IMG/VR virus record: IMGVR_UViG_3300036831_000067
Span: 1 to 64,000 of that record
Source: a virus
DNA: 64,000 bases
Reading direction: 5' to 3' (one strand)
Made by a program: the position numbers and the translations under genes. The notes beneath the pieces were generated by a model. It was not told where the DNA came from. It was given only the letters and a program-made list of their open reading frames with translations, and made no database searches. Position 1 is the first letter of the stretch, and each line of letters opens with the position of its first letter. Below are positions 25,636 to 35,553 of this stretch, piece after piece.

Positions 25636-28600
25636 ATGACCCAGCTTTTCACCGCACACGGCCTCGGCGACGTCATCAAGACCGATACCGTGCGTGGACG
25701 CACCAGTTACCTGGTTAAAGGCACGGGCTTTAAGGTGTGGGTGGACGCGACGAAGTGCCGTGTCGCCACCGAGGAGGGCGGCGCTGCTCCGGAACAGCTG
25801 TTCACCAACACCTTCAGCCCGGAGAAGTATCTCGATCCCGAGACGGCCATTCGCAGCGGCTCCGACGCGTTCTCTTACGAGCCGCCGATCCACGTCCAGG
25901 ACAACTCGACGACGCTGCCCTACGATCCCACTCCGCAGTTTCCCGTCGACATGTTCACCGAGCAGACCATCCAGCCCGGTGAGCAGGAGATCGACCCCGA
26001 GAAGCGGTTGTCCCCCAGCGACTCGCGCTCCCAGAGTGATCGGCGCCCAGAACACCCCTGGCCGAGCCCGGACCCTCAGCTGTTCGCGGGTGCCTATCAC
26101 CAGGCCCTCGACGAGCGCGAGAGGGGCTTCAGCCCCCAAGGCCCCTCCGGGGGCGATCTCGACCCGTTCACCACGGCCCCCCGGCTGCGTTCCGAGGACG
26201 AGCCGGTCTATCCCTTCGACAAGGTCTCCCCGCGTGGGCTGACCACCCACGAGATGGATCCTGACGAGCAGTACTGGTATCACGACCCGGAGGCCGGTGC
26301 CTGGCGCAACCCGTATCGCCACTACGAGGACATGCGCCACGTCAAGGTCAATCCGCGCGGGACCGACCGGGAGAACATGTACGGCCCGGCCTACATGGGC
26401 TCGGTGATCGACCCCAACCTGCCGACCGGCAGCTTCCACGTCGCCGGGCTCTCCGACCGTTACGCCGACATCCCGGCCGCTCGAGAGGACCCCAACGATC
26501 CGGCGGTGGCCTTCCGGGTCAACCCGCTGGCCTTCCTGCAGCGCCACGCCGCCATTCACGAGGCCCTGGATGCGCCTACCGGTGAGCTGATGGACGCGGT
26601 GCTGGCCGACCGCAGGCTGTTCATCTCGGCCTGGCGTGACGTGCACGCCAAGGCCATGCGGCTGCGCCGCGAGGGCCGGGTCCACATCAAGCAGTCCACC
26701 CCGGAGGCGATCTACGCCACCGTCCAGGGTGATCACCACTTCTACGACACGATCATCATCCGGGGCAACGTGTTCGACCTGGGCGGTCAGTCGGTCACCG
26801 CCTGGCGGTGCGGCTGCAAGTGGGGCCAGTGGGCGTTCAAGCGCAAGCTCACCTACGTCGGCCGGTTCTGCAGCCACGCCCTGGCCACCTATCACGAGAT
26901 GCAGCACCTGCACAGCCGTGGCAACGGCGGCACCGGTTTCCGCAACCCCTACACCCGCAAGCACACCTCCTCGGTGGTCGACGACTTCAAGTCCTGGGCC
27001 CGCGACAACGGCCAGCTCATCGACGAGACCAGCCTGCCCAACTTCATCTCCCAGTCCGACACGGACGAGGACGAACGGCTCACCAAGGAGCAGGTTGAGC
27101 AGCTCTACGACTACGTCGAGGGCAACCAGGAGGAGACCCCAGAACGTAAGTTCGATATCGATTACACGCTGGATCCCGACGAGGCGTATAAGACAGCCGA
27201 TGCCTTACGCACCCAGCCGCGCAGCCTGACCCCGGATCTGCAGTTCGTGCCCGAGGGCGAGGACGAGCACTTCGTCGACGTCGAGAAGGACGATCGCAAG
27301 ACCACCGGTCCCGGCCAGATCATGCACGGTGGCCAGCACAGGCTGGATGAGGCCACGGGTATCGTTTCCAACCCATATACAGGAGATGAGAGGGGCAAAT
27401 TCGAGGGGAACCCCCTCGGGCACGGCCACTGGGTTCCAGGAGACACCACTCCACAAGAGCCCGACATCGAGCACTTCGCGGCACTGCAGCGTCACTGCGA
27501 CGACAACTGCCTGCCCTACCCGTCGGAGCTGTCCCGGTTCTTGATGCACGGCGATGTCGAGGAGTTCCGCCCCGATACCGGTGAGGCTGCCGGACGATTG
27601 GACAAGTTGCGTGATCTGATTGCCGAGCCCACCGAGGACCACTTCGGTGACATGCCCGCCTACAACGACAAGATCCGTGACCTCGTCGACGAACTGCACG
27701 ACGAGGGTGTGGGCGCCGACAACCTGGTGGCCAGCCGCCGGTTCGAGGGCGACGGGTCCTTCATGGGCGAGGGTGGCGGCGACTGGATGGATCACGGGTT
27801 CGCGGGCTCGGGGTACGACCCCAAGGAGTGGTACCAGTCCTCTGATGACCCCGACGGGTACATCGAGAAGCATGAGCGCCCCCGGTTCCAGGACGTCACC
27901 AACCTGCCCGACGGCGACATCATCAAGTACAACGATTCCGACGGCCCGGTGACTAAGCCACGGGAGGCCTGGCGTCAAGCCGATGCCTGGTCGAACGAGA
28001 CTTCTTCGGCCACTCCCCCGGCCCAGAACACGGCGCCCGGTGACATGGGGGAGATGAGCGGCGGGCAGCCCCTGGTGCAGGATCCCGGGACCGAGGACCC
28101 CGGTCTTGTCACGGGCCGTAATTTCTTTGGTGACGACGATGCCGACATGGGTTTGGATGGTGTCGGGAACACTACTCCGTCGGCCACGGTGACCAATCCC
28201 GGCGACATGAGCGCGCAGACCGGCGGGGCCGGGTCGGGTGACTATATGCACCCGCAGTCCTCCGAGAACATTCAGTACTCCCAGCGGATGCAGCAGCATC
28301 GCCGCAAGCGCGCGGATAAGCCGCGCCCGCCTTCGGTGCGCCGCCTGGGCTATGACACCACCACCCTGCCCCCGGGCTGGGGAGACGTTCCCGAGAGCAG
28401 CGATGATGACGACCCGACGTCGGCGATCCCCGGGGCCGACGAACTCAAGAAGCAGATGCCCAAGATGCCCGACCTGCCGGGCACAGAGCCGGGCGCATCC
28501 CCTTCGGGCTCACCCCCGGCCGCCAGTGCGACCTCCGACGTCGCTCCCGAGCTGATGGCGGTGGCGGGCACCGGCGACCACGGCTGGCGTCGCTGTGACC

Positions 28601-29004
28601 GGCCGCCGGAGAACTTCGGCTATGACGGCCCCTCCGTCGGGTTGTCCATGCACGGGGGCACCGATGACAGCTCTGACGTGGTTCGTGACTTTCACGCGAG
28701 CATGGGTGCCCAAGCCTACGCCCGGGGTGGCGGGGGCGCCGCGCCAGCGAGTTCGCGTCAGGCCGCCATGGCGGCAGCGGGCGGTGCCCTGATGCCGGTC
28801 GGTGCCCGGGGTGGCCGCGAAGCCGGGCGCAATGCCTCCGACGCCGATATTGCGGCACGAGCCAACGAGTTCCTGATGCGTACCGCCGGGCGTAACTATC
28901 CCCCTCACGAGCAGGCCGAGTTGATGGACGAGCAGCCCGTGGGTGGGTACGGCGCACGTAATCTTGATGGCCTCGATCTTCGCGGGACTCACTATGTGCA
29001 GTAG
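25636..29004 (+). CDS. Large head-associated protein with SWIM-type Zn finger
   Basis: WRCGCKW...FCSHALA; acidic low-complexity modules; lies between portal and protease. Confidence 0.8.
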   Translation: MTQLFTAHGLGDVIKTDTVRGRTSYLVKGTGFKVWVDATKCRVATEEGGAAPEQLFTNTFSPEKYLDPETAIRSGSDAFSYEPPIHVQDNSTTLPYDPTPQFPVDMFTEQTIQPGEQEIDPEKRLSPSDSRSQSDRRPEHPWPSPDPQLFAGAYHQALDERERGFSPQGPSGGDLDPFTTAPRLRSEDEPVYPFDKVSPRGLTTHEMDPDEQYWYHDPEAGAWRNPYRHYEDMRHVKVNPRGTDRENMYGPAYMGSVIDPNLPTGSFHVAGLSDRYADIPAAREDPNDPAVAFRVNPLAFLQRHAAIHEALDAPTGELMDAVLADRRLFISAWRDVHAKAMRLRREGRVHIKQSTPEAIYATVQGDHHFYDTIIIRGNVFDLGGQSVTAWRCGCKWGQWAFKRKLTYVGRFCSHALATYHEMQHLHSRGNGGTGFRNPYTRKHTSSVVDDFKSWARDNGQLIDETSLPNFISQSDTDEDERLTKEQVEQLYDYVEGNQEETPERKFDIDYTLDPDEAYKTADALRTQPRSLTPDLQFVPEGEDEHFVDVEKDDRKTTGPGQIMHGGQHRLDEATGIVSNPYTGDERGKFEGNPLGHGHWVPGDTTPQEPDIEHFAALQRHCDDNCLPYPSELSRFLMHGDVEEFRPDTGEAAGRLDKLRDLIAEPTEDHFGDMPAYNDKIRDLVDELHDEGVGADNLVASRRFEGDGSFMGEGGGDWMDHGFAGSGYDPKEWYQSSDDPDGYIEKHERPRFQDVTNLPDGDIIKYNDSDGPVTKPREAWRQADAWSNETSSATPPAQNTAPGDMGEMSGGQPLVQDPGTEDPGLVTGRNFFGDDDADMGLDGVGNTTPSATVTNPGDMSAQTGGAGSGDYMHPQSSENIQYSQRMQQHRRKRADKPRPPSVRRLGYDTTTLPPGWGDVPESSDDDDPTSAIPGADELKKQMPKMPDLPGTEPGASPSGSPPAASATSDVAPELMAVAGTGDHGWRRCDRPPENFGYDGPSVGLSMHGGTDDSSDVVRDFHASMGAQAYARGGGGAAPASSRQAAMAAAGGALMPVGARGGREAGRNASDADIAARANEFLMRTAGRNYPPHEQAELMDEQPVGGYGARNLDGLDLRGTHYVQ

Positions 29005-29010
29005 CCGCGC

Positions 29011-31878
29011 ATGACGACAACTCTGGCCCCGGCACCACCGCGTCGCTTCGAGGCGTCGGCGGTCCGGCCCGTCTCCCATGACGGCGTCAGGCAGCTCCTG
29101 CTGGCCTACCGCTCCGCCAAGTACGGCGCCGTGATTCCTCACTTCGAGCTGCTGCCCGGGATGATCTACACCAAGGTGCGCGCGATCAGTGCCCGGATCA
29201 ATCAGAATTGGGACGCCTGGCCGTCCGAGGAACTGAAGAAGAGCTACAAGACCTTCCTGGGTAAGCCGGTGTTCGTCAACCACAACAACTTTGACCCGAC
29301 TCGAGCCCGGGGGCGGGTGGTGGCTTCCCAGTACATCGAGAAGGACGCCGACAAGTACATCGAGGTGATCCAAGAGGTCGACGGCGTCCGGTTCCCCAAG
29401 CTCGCCCACGAGATCCGTACCGGGGGTATGGACAGCGTCAGCATGGGTGTGGAGGCGGGCTTCACCATCTGCAGCTACTGCGGCAACAGGGCCACCGATG
29501 TCTGGGACATGTGTGACCACGTGAAGTTCCACAAGGGCACGCACCTGCCCGATCCTCGCACCGGCCAGCCGAGGCTGGTGTTCGAGCACTGCTACAAGCT
29601 GGGCTTCTTCGAGTTGAGCTATGTCTTCGACCCGGCCGACGAGACGGCGGTGGTCAACCAGGTGGTGGTGGCGAACAAGAAAGCCTGGAAGCCAATGAGT
29701 CCCGGTCTCGACGCGTATATGGATTGGGTGAACGATGCCGGGACGCTGGTGCATCCGGACAGCGCAGAAGAGTATATCCAGAGCTACCGGCCGGAAAATC
29801 CGGACGAGATCAGAGAGTTCGCTCACGGTCAGGGCGGTAAGGCCTATGGGCCGCCGGAGCGTCATCACATGAAAAGACCAGCACGTCGCAGGCAGGCCTG
29901 GGGTGAGACTGAAGCCCCCGAGGACATCGACACACTGCGCGAAGACGACGACGACTCCGACGACGACTATGAGTTCGTCACTCCCTATCGTCCGCGCGAC
30001 GAGGAAGACTCCCCGTTCCAGCACTATCTGGAATCTCCGGAGGAGCTGCAGACCCCCGACTTCGACCAGACCAAGCGGCTCGACCGTGCCCAGGAGCAGG
30101 AAGGCCTGGACGCCGATCGGCTGGTGGAGGACGTCGAAGAGGTCGGGACTCTTGAAGGTCCCGAAGGTCCTGAAGGTCAGGATCCCCAAGCAGGTCAGCG
30201 TCCGCAGATGGCGCGCAAAACAAGGAGGAACGCCATGGCTCGCAACAGGTATGCGGCTGAGGAGGACGAGGACCGCCGCCCGCCGTGGCTGCGTGACGAT
30301 GACTCCGAAGACCGCGACGAAGACCGCGATCACGACGAAGACCGCGACGAAGAGGATGACGATCGCGACGACGACGACGATGACCGCGATGAGGATCACG
30401 ACGATGAAGATCGTGATGACGACCGCGATCACGACGAGGAGGACCGGCGCCCTCCCCAGTTCGAGTCGCGTCGACGGCGCCCCCGTCAGGGACGGCGCTA
30501 CTACGCCGACGATGACAAGGACGACGACGATTCCGACGATAAGGATCGCGACGACGACGACAAAGACGACGACGACAAGCCGCCGTGGCTGAAGGGGAAG
30601 GAATCCCGACGTCGGCGCCCTGTTAATCCTCGCTCCTCGCGACAGAAGGGGAGAAAGAAGGGATCACCCATGGGCGCCACTCTGGCCGAGCGCGGGCAGG
30701 TTGTCGCGTCCCGGCAGCGTCGTCATTTCCGTGCCGACGACAGCGGCAACACTGACGGTGGTCCCTACGGGCGCAACGATCTGGGCGAGCAGGCCGAGAC
30801 CTTCATCCCGGCGGTGTTCGGCGAGGGTGACGGTGTGCCGCCTGCCGAGAAGGTGGAGGCCCCGGCCGGGGACGAGCCCAAGGAGTCCAACACCGAGTCC
30901 AACCTAGTGGCCTCCATTGCGGCCAAGACCCGCAGCCTGAAGGCCGACCTCAACCGGTACCAGAGGCTCAAAGGCCGTCGTCTGCACGCCGAGGAGGGCG
31001 TCGAGGACCCCAAGGTGGTCAACCCGGAGCTGTCGGGTACCGACGACCAGAGCCTTAAGGGCGATGACTTTCAGGACACCGGTCTCTCCGACACCGAGAC
31101 CCATCCCACCGACGGGGACCGCAGTGCGGCACGGGCCCGGGGCGACGACGAGAGCCGCCAGTGGTTCGCCGCGTTCGACTCCTGGTTGACCCAGGCGACC
31201 GGCAAGCCGTGGCAGTACCACACCTCGGCTGCGCTCACGCGCGCGGCCGCGCGGTGGGCCAACGGCACCGGTATCGCGCTCGACCGGCTCTTCCCGACCC
31301 TGGAAACTGCCCTGCGCCAGGCAAGAAAGGGCGAAGCCGAAAGGAAAGCCATGAACCGCACCGCAGAAGGGCTGGATGAAGCGGCCCCCGACGCCCGTGT
31401 GGACGTGGAGAAGCCGGTCAGCGACGAGACGAACGACCGGGCCCAGGCCTCCCAGTTCGACCTCGGCGAGTTCGGCCACAACGCCGGTGACGATCTGGCC
31501 GATCCGGAGATGTCTTCGGACTCCCAGATTTGGGCGCCGGGCAAGGAAGGCCGCCACGTGCGGATGGCGGACGGGGTGACGGCGGTTCGTTGTGCCGAGG
31601 CCTACATCCGGATGCGCATGGCCAGCCCTGAAGACAAATGGAAACTCGCAGGCTGGTTGCAGACCATCCGCCACGCCACCGTGGTGGACCGGACCAACCT
31701 GCTGGAAGCGGCATTCGAGGCCAACAGAAGGTCTCTTACCGCAAAACGGACTCCCGCCGGAATTTCACGCGGGGCCGTGCGGTCGATCCCCCCGGGGCTG
31801 ACCTCGGGCGGACGGACGGCGTCCTTTGAACGTGAGGCCGCCTACGACCGCATCAACGACTCCGCGATCTTTATGTAG
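29011..31878 (+). CDS. Capsid maturation protease fused to scaffold
   Basis: N.NWDAW..EEL..SYKTFLGKPVFVNH...VSMG...CSYC...CDH...FFELSYVFDPAD; very acidic C-terminal two-thirds. Confidence 0.85.
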   Translation: MTTTLAPAPPRRFEASAVRPVSHDGVRQLLLAYRSAKYGAVIPHFELLPGMIYTKVRAISARINQNWDAWPSEELKKSYKTFLGKPVFVNHNNFDPTRARGRVVASQYIEKDADKYIEVIQEVDGVRFPKLAHEIRTGGMDSVSMGVEAGFTICSYCGNRATDVWDMCDHVKFHKGTHLPDPRTGQPRLVFEHCYKLGFFELSYVFDPADETAVVNQVVVANKKAWKPMSPGLDAYMDWVNDAGTLVHPDSAEEYIQSYRPENPDEIREFAHGQGGKAYGPPERHHMKRPARRRQAWGETEAPEDIDTLREDDDDSDDDYEFVTPYRPRDEEDSPFQHYLESPEELQTPDFDQTKRLDRAQEQEGLDADRLVEDVEEVGTLEGPEGPEGQDPQAGQRPQMARKTRRNAMARNRYAAEEDEDRRPPWLRDDDSEDRDEDRDHDEDRDEEDDDRDDDDDDRDEDHDDEDRDDDRDHDEEDRRPPQFESRRRRPRQGRRYYADDDKDDDDSDDKDRDDDDKDDDDKPPWLKGKESRRRRPVNPRSSRQKGRKKGSPMGATLAERGQVVASRQRRHFRADDSGNTDGGPYGRNDLGEQAETFIPAVFGEGDGVPPAEKVEAPAGDEPKESNTESNLVASIAAKTRSLKADLNRYQRLKGRRLHAEEGVEDPKVVNPELSGTDDQSLKGDDFQDTGLSDTETHPTDGDRSAARARGDDESRQWFAAFDSWLTQATGKPWQYHTSAALTRAAARWANGTGIALDRLFPTLETALRQARKGEAERKAMNRTAEGLDEAAPDARVDVEKPVSDETNDRAQASQFDLGEFGHNAGDDLADPEMSSDSQIWAPGKEGRHVRMADGVTAVRCAEAYIRMRMASPEDKWKLAGWLQTIRHATVVDRTNLLEAAFEANRRSLTAKRTPAGISRGAVRSIPPGLTSGGRTASFEREAAYDRINDSAIFM
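30260..30600 (+). repeat. Asp/Arg/Glu-rich low-complexity repeat (GAC-rich) flanked by PPWL/PPQF
   Basis: DRDEDRDHDEDRDEE... and DDDKDDDD repeats. Confidence 0.9.
30620..30650 (+). promoter_or_regulatory. Late-class motif internal to the protease gene
   Basis: CTGT-N22-AAGGG, 20 nt before an in-frame ATG at 30670. Confidence 0.55.
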
Positions 31879-31910
31879 ATCACCAACGTGTGTGAAAGGA
31901 GGCGAGACAC

Positions 31911-32483
31911 ATGCTTCGTGTAACCCTCAGCAACCCCGCGCAGAAGCGCACCCTGTTGCCCAAATATGCACAGACGCAGGCCACTGCGTACTCGGGTTTC
32001 CTTGACCCGGCGTGGCCGCGCACCTATGACATCTACCCAGGTAGTGTCATGGCCCGCGAAAACGACGAGGTGTTCACCTTGTTCACCGGTGCCACCGGTC
32101 AGGTCCCCTTCGGTCTGTCGTCACTGTTCGTCGCGCCCCAGTTGGGGATCGACGAGGTGCTGGCCACCGGCGGCAACGAGTTCACGGTGTGGACCATCGA
32201 GCCCCAGGGCGAGTTCGAGGTCTTGGCTCCGGCCTTCGACCAGAACGCCAACTGGGCCACGGCGGCCACCAGCCACGGCGGCATCTGCCTGCTGACCGGG
32301 ACGACCGCTTCGGTCACCCTGTCCAACGGGTTTGTCCAGCCGCCCGGCGTGCTGACCCCCACCGGGGCCAACAACGCCAACTCGATCGCTGAACTCATCT
32401 CGGTCGAGACCACCAGCAAGATTCTCATCCGAGGCCGACGCTACAACTTCGCGTCGACCGTCGCGCTGGGTACCGGAAGCTAA
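31911..32483 (+). CDS. Capsid decoration / head structural protein
   Basis: Directly upstream of the major capsid gene; strong RBS. Confidence 0.7.
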   Translation: MLRVTLSNPAQKRTLLPKYAQTQATAYSGFLDPAWPRTYDIYPGSVMARENDEVFTLFTGATGQVPFGLSSLFVAPQLGIDEVLATGGNEFTVWTIEPQGEFEVLAPAFDQNANWATAATSHGGICLLTGTTASVTLSNGFVQPPGVLTPTGANNANSIAELISVETTSKILIRGRRYNFASTVALGTGS

Positions 32484-32494
32484 GGAGGGACATC

Positions 32495-33508
32495 ATGGGA
32501 CTCCCAGCTCTAGTAGCCCAGGGTGCCGGTCTGGACCGTTACGGTTCGGCACGCTCCAGCGACGAGTTCGTGGTGCAGATGGCGGGTCTGCAGCAGCGGA
32601 TGGGCGGCATGAAGCTGTCCGTGCGCGAAAAGCAGACCCGGATGGCCCACATGCTGCGGGATGCCTCCAACGGCATGCTGCGGCTCGGCCAGTCGATGAT
32701 CGGCCCGATCCAGCTCCAGCTGCGATACCAGGGCATTCTGCGCAACGTGCTCTTGGAAGACACGCTCAGTCCTGGTGTGCCGATCCAGTACGACATCCTC
32801 GATGACCTCGGTCAGGCCTATGTCCTGCATGGCAACGAAGGTGAAGTGCGGATCACACCGTTCGAGGGCAAGAGGGTCGAAGTACAGTTGTTCAGAATTG
32901 CGACCTTCCCGATGGTTCGCAAGGAAGACCTGTATTTGCTCCGCGCTAATGTGGTGGAATATCAGCAGGATTTTTCCAAGCAGGCAGTTATGCGCCAGGA
33001 AGACGGGCGTCTGATTAGCTTGCTGGAGACCTCTGCGGCGAACTACCGCCTGGTGGACGCCTCGGCGAACCCCACGTCTGGTACGTTGCCGAACGAGATC
33101 AGCGTTGCTGGGGATATCCTTTCCCCCGACGATCTCTATAACGCGGTGACGTTTACCGACCAACGCCTGCTCGATTCCACGAGGTTGCTGTGCAACCCCA
33201 AAGAATATCGGGATTTTTATCGCTGGGACGTGAACACGACCGGCTGGGCGTTTAAGGACAGCGTGGTCGCGGGCGAGAGGATTGTGCAATTCGGCGAATT
33301 CCAAATCGGAAAGAGCATCATTATTCCGATGGGGACATCGTACTTAACTCCGGACCCAGAATTTTTAGGGGTATTTCCGGTAATGTACAGTCTCGACGTC
33401 GAGGAGAATAACCTCGTGCAGCAATTCCATAAAGGATGGGTTATGGACGAATTAGTTGGGATGGCTATCCTAAATGCTCGCGGGATTGTGATCCTCCGCA
33501 AGTCCTAA
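32495..33508 (+). CDS. Major capsid protein
   Basis: LGQSMIGPIQLQLRYQGILRNVLLED...GWVMDELVGMAILNARGI matches the cluster C-type MCP; terminator follows. Confidence 0.9.
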   Translation: MGLPALVAQGAGLDRYGSARSSDEFVVQMAGLQQRMGGMKLSVREKQTRMAHMLRDASNGMLRLGQSMIGPIQLQLRYQGILRNVLLEDTLSPGVPIQYDILDDLGQAYVLHGNEGEVRITPFEGKRVEVQLFRIATFPMVRKEDLYLLRANVVEYQQDFSKQAVMRQEDGRLISLLETSAANYRLVDASANPTSGTLPNEISVAGDILSPDDLYNAVTFTDQRLLDSTRLLCNPKEYRDFYRWDVNTTGWAFKDSVVAGERIVQFGEFQIGKSIIIPMGTSYLTPDPEFLGVFPVMYSLDVEENNLVQQFHKGWVMDELVGMAILNARGIVILRKS

Positions 33509-33532
33509 TCAATCCTCTACCAGTACAGATGG

Positions 33533-33563
33533 CCCCTGGAGCGAATAGACCTCCGGGGGTTTT
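33533..33563 (+). terminator. Intrinsic terminator after the MCP gene
   Basis: CCCCTGGAG / CTCCGGGGG followed by TTTT. Confidence 0.75.
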
Positions 33564-33593
33564 CTGTTCCTCTAGCAAACATCCCATTAGAGG
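33564..33593 (+). promoter_or_regulatory. Late-class motif (variant TTAGAGG)
   Basis: CTGTT...TTAGAGG immediately after the terminator. Confidence 0.55.
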
Positions 33594-33600
33594 ATAAGAA

Positions 33601-33861
33601 ATGGCGAAAAGAATTGTCACGGCGCGCGAGCAATGGGCAATCTTTTTGGATTCCCTGCAGATGAATGAGACTGCCCCTTGGTTTAAGCCGCTTCAGCCCG
33701 GCGAGGAGCTGAAACCACACGACTACGACGAGGAAGACCCCTACAACTTCACGGGCTCACCGGAGACCCAGCACCACCACCGCACCTTTGACGAGGGCGG
33801 CTGGGACGCTATTCGGCGCCGCAAGGAGCAGTACGCGCGCCGGATGCGCGAGAGAGGCTAG
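33601..33861 (+). CDS. Small protein, candidate capsid-internal
   Basis: N-terminus MAKRIVTAREQW. Confidence 0.7.
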   Translation: MAKRIVTAREQWAIFLDSLQMNETAPWFKPLQPGEELKPHDYDEEDPYNFTGSPETQHHHRTFDEGGWDAIRRRKEQYARRMRERG

Positions 33862-33901
33862 ATTTCACCATCGGTTCGTTCGTGTGATCCCCGGGGTATC
33901 C

Positions 33902-33934
33902 CTGTAATCGGGCCGCGTCCGCGAAAGAAAAGGT
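33902..33934 (+). promoter_or_regulatory. Late-class motif CTGT-N24-AAGGT
   Basis: CTGTAA...GAAAAGGT. Confidence 0.65.
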
Positions 33935-33959
33935 GGCCAGACTTTTCAGGGAGTAGAGC

Positions 33960-35507
33960 ATGAGCTTGAACACCGATCTCGAACGACTCTTGGCCGACTT
34001 CGTCAAACACGAGCTGGGTGAGCTGGGCGACAAGCTCGTGGGCGCCATCAGTAATTTCAACACTCAATTGGAGGCCGTCATGGCTGAACTGACCGATCTG
34101 AAGGGCCTGGACGCCAGTTTGCAGGCACTCACCACTTCTCTGACCGGGGTCGTATCTCAGGTCACCGGCCTGCAGAGCCAGGTCGACAGCCTGCAGGGCC
34201 AGGTGAGCACCCTCAACACCCAGCTGGCCGCCAGCCAGGCCCAGGTGGCCTCGGACCAGACCACCATCGCCGCCGATGCCGCACAGATCGCGGCCGACCA
34301 GGCGGCGTCCACGGCCGACGCGGCCGAGATCGCCACTCTGCAGAGCGACATCGCCAACCTGACGAGCACGATCCAGAATCTGCAGAACCTGCTCAACCCG
34401 CCCAAGGCGGCTCCTACGGTGACTTCGATCTCCCCGGCCACCGGCGCCTCCGACAACGGCGGGGACACGGTGACGGTCACCGGTACCGGTTTCACCGGTG
34501 CGACCGGCGTGAACTTCGGCACGGTTGCGGCGACGTCCTTCACGGTGGACTCCGACACCTCGCTCACGGCCGTCTCCCCGGCAGGGGCGGCGGGCACGGT
34601 GGACGTGCTCGTGATCGGGCCGGGCGGTTCCTCGGCGGCCAGCGCGACCGACCAGTTCATCTATCCCACCCCGGTCACCCCGCCGCCGCCCTCGGCGCCG
34701 ACGGTCACGGCCGTCTCCCCGGTGGTCGGTACCTCGGTCGGTGGTGGTGACACGGTCGCCGTCACGGGCACCGGGTTCACCGGTGCCACCGCCGTCAACT
34801 TCGGCACTGTTCCGGCCACCTCGTTCACGGTGGTCGATGACAGCGACCTGACGGCCGTTTCTCCGGCCGATTCCGATGCTGCCGGGGGTAACACCGTCGA
34901 CATCACCGTCGTGACGCCAGCGGGCACCTCAGCGGCCGGTGCGGCCGATCAGTTCACGTACCCGACAGCCACCACTCCGACCCCCACCCCTACTCCCACT
35001 CCGACACCCACGGCCCCGACGGTCACGGGTGTGTCTCCGGCCACGGGGACCTCGGCGGCGGGCGGAGACACGGTCGCGGTGACAGGCACTGGCTTCACCG
35101 GGACCACGGCGGTGAATTTCGGGCCCACACCGGCGGCCTCGTTCACCGTCACCGACGACTCCAACCTGACGGCGGTCTCCCCGGCCGACACCAATGCCGC
35201 CGGTGGTGGCGTGGTGGACGTCACAGTCGTTACTCCGGCGGGCACGTCGGCCGTCTCGGCGGCTGATCAGTTCACGTTTCCCGCTGCCGCGACTCCTACG
35301 CCGACTCCGGCGCCGACTCCGGGAAGCACTCCGGTTCCGGTAGACCCCAACGCTGCTCCGGTGCCCGCAGGCACGGTGCCCCCGACCACGATGGTGGTCG
35401 AGGTTCCGGCCGGGGTGGTTCCGGTGGTGGTGCCCTCTGGGGCCGTGGCCGTGACCGCCGGGTCGTTGCCGCCGGACGCGATAGTGACCCCGGTTCAGAC
35501 GTCATAA
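33960..35507 (+). CDS. Coiled-coil protein with three IPT/TIG (Ig-like) domains (alternative start 34080)
   Basis: Three PTVT.VSP..G...GGDTV.VTGTGFTGAT.VNFG...DQF.YP repeats; PT linkers; N-terminal heptads. Confidence 0.9.
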   Translation: MSLNTDLERLLADFVKHELGELGDKLVGAISNFNTQLEAVMAELTDLKGLDASLQALTTSLTGVVSQVTGLQSQVDSLQGQVSTLNTQLAASQAQVASDQTTIAADAAQIAADQAASTADAAEIATLQSDIANLTSTIQNLQNLLNPPKAAPTVTSISPATGASDNGGDTVTVTGTGFTGATGVNFGTVAATSFTVDSDTSLTAVSPAGAAGTVDVLVIGPGGSSAASATDQFIYPTPVTPPPPSAPTVTAVSPVVGTSVGGGDTVAVTGTGFTGATAVNFGTVPATSFTVVDDSDLTAVSPADSDAAGGNTVDITVVTPAGTSAAGAADQFTYPTATTPTPTPTPTPTPTAPTVTGVSPATGTSAAGGDTVAVTGTGFTGTTAVNFGPTPAASFTVTDDSNLTAVSPADTNAAGGGVVDVTVVTPAGTSAVSAADQFTFPAAATPTPTPAPTPGSTPVPVDPNAAPVPAGTVPPTTMVVEVPAGVVPVVVPSGAVAVTAGSLPPDAIVTPVQTS

Positions 35508-35518
35508 CTCCATGGAAT

Positions 35519-35553
35519 TAACCCGGGGCGCGAATGGATTCGGCCCCGGGTTA
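35519..35553 (+). terminator. Hairpin terminator
   Basis: TAACCCGGGGC / GCCCCGGGTTA. Confidence 0.65.

Noticed and set aside
17092-30432. Long minus-strand ORFs (e.g. 17092-18918, 22392-24188, 24973-26964, 28510-30432)
   Set aside because: They are antisense shadows of high-GC3 plus-strand genes, with no RBS or recognisable motifs.
30260-30600. GAC-rich tandem repeats as a CRISPR array or satellite
   Set aside because: They are in-frame coding low complexity with no constant repeat and unique spacer structure.
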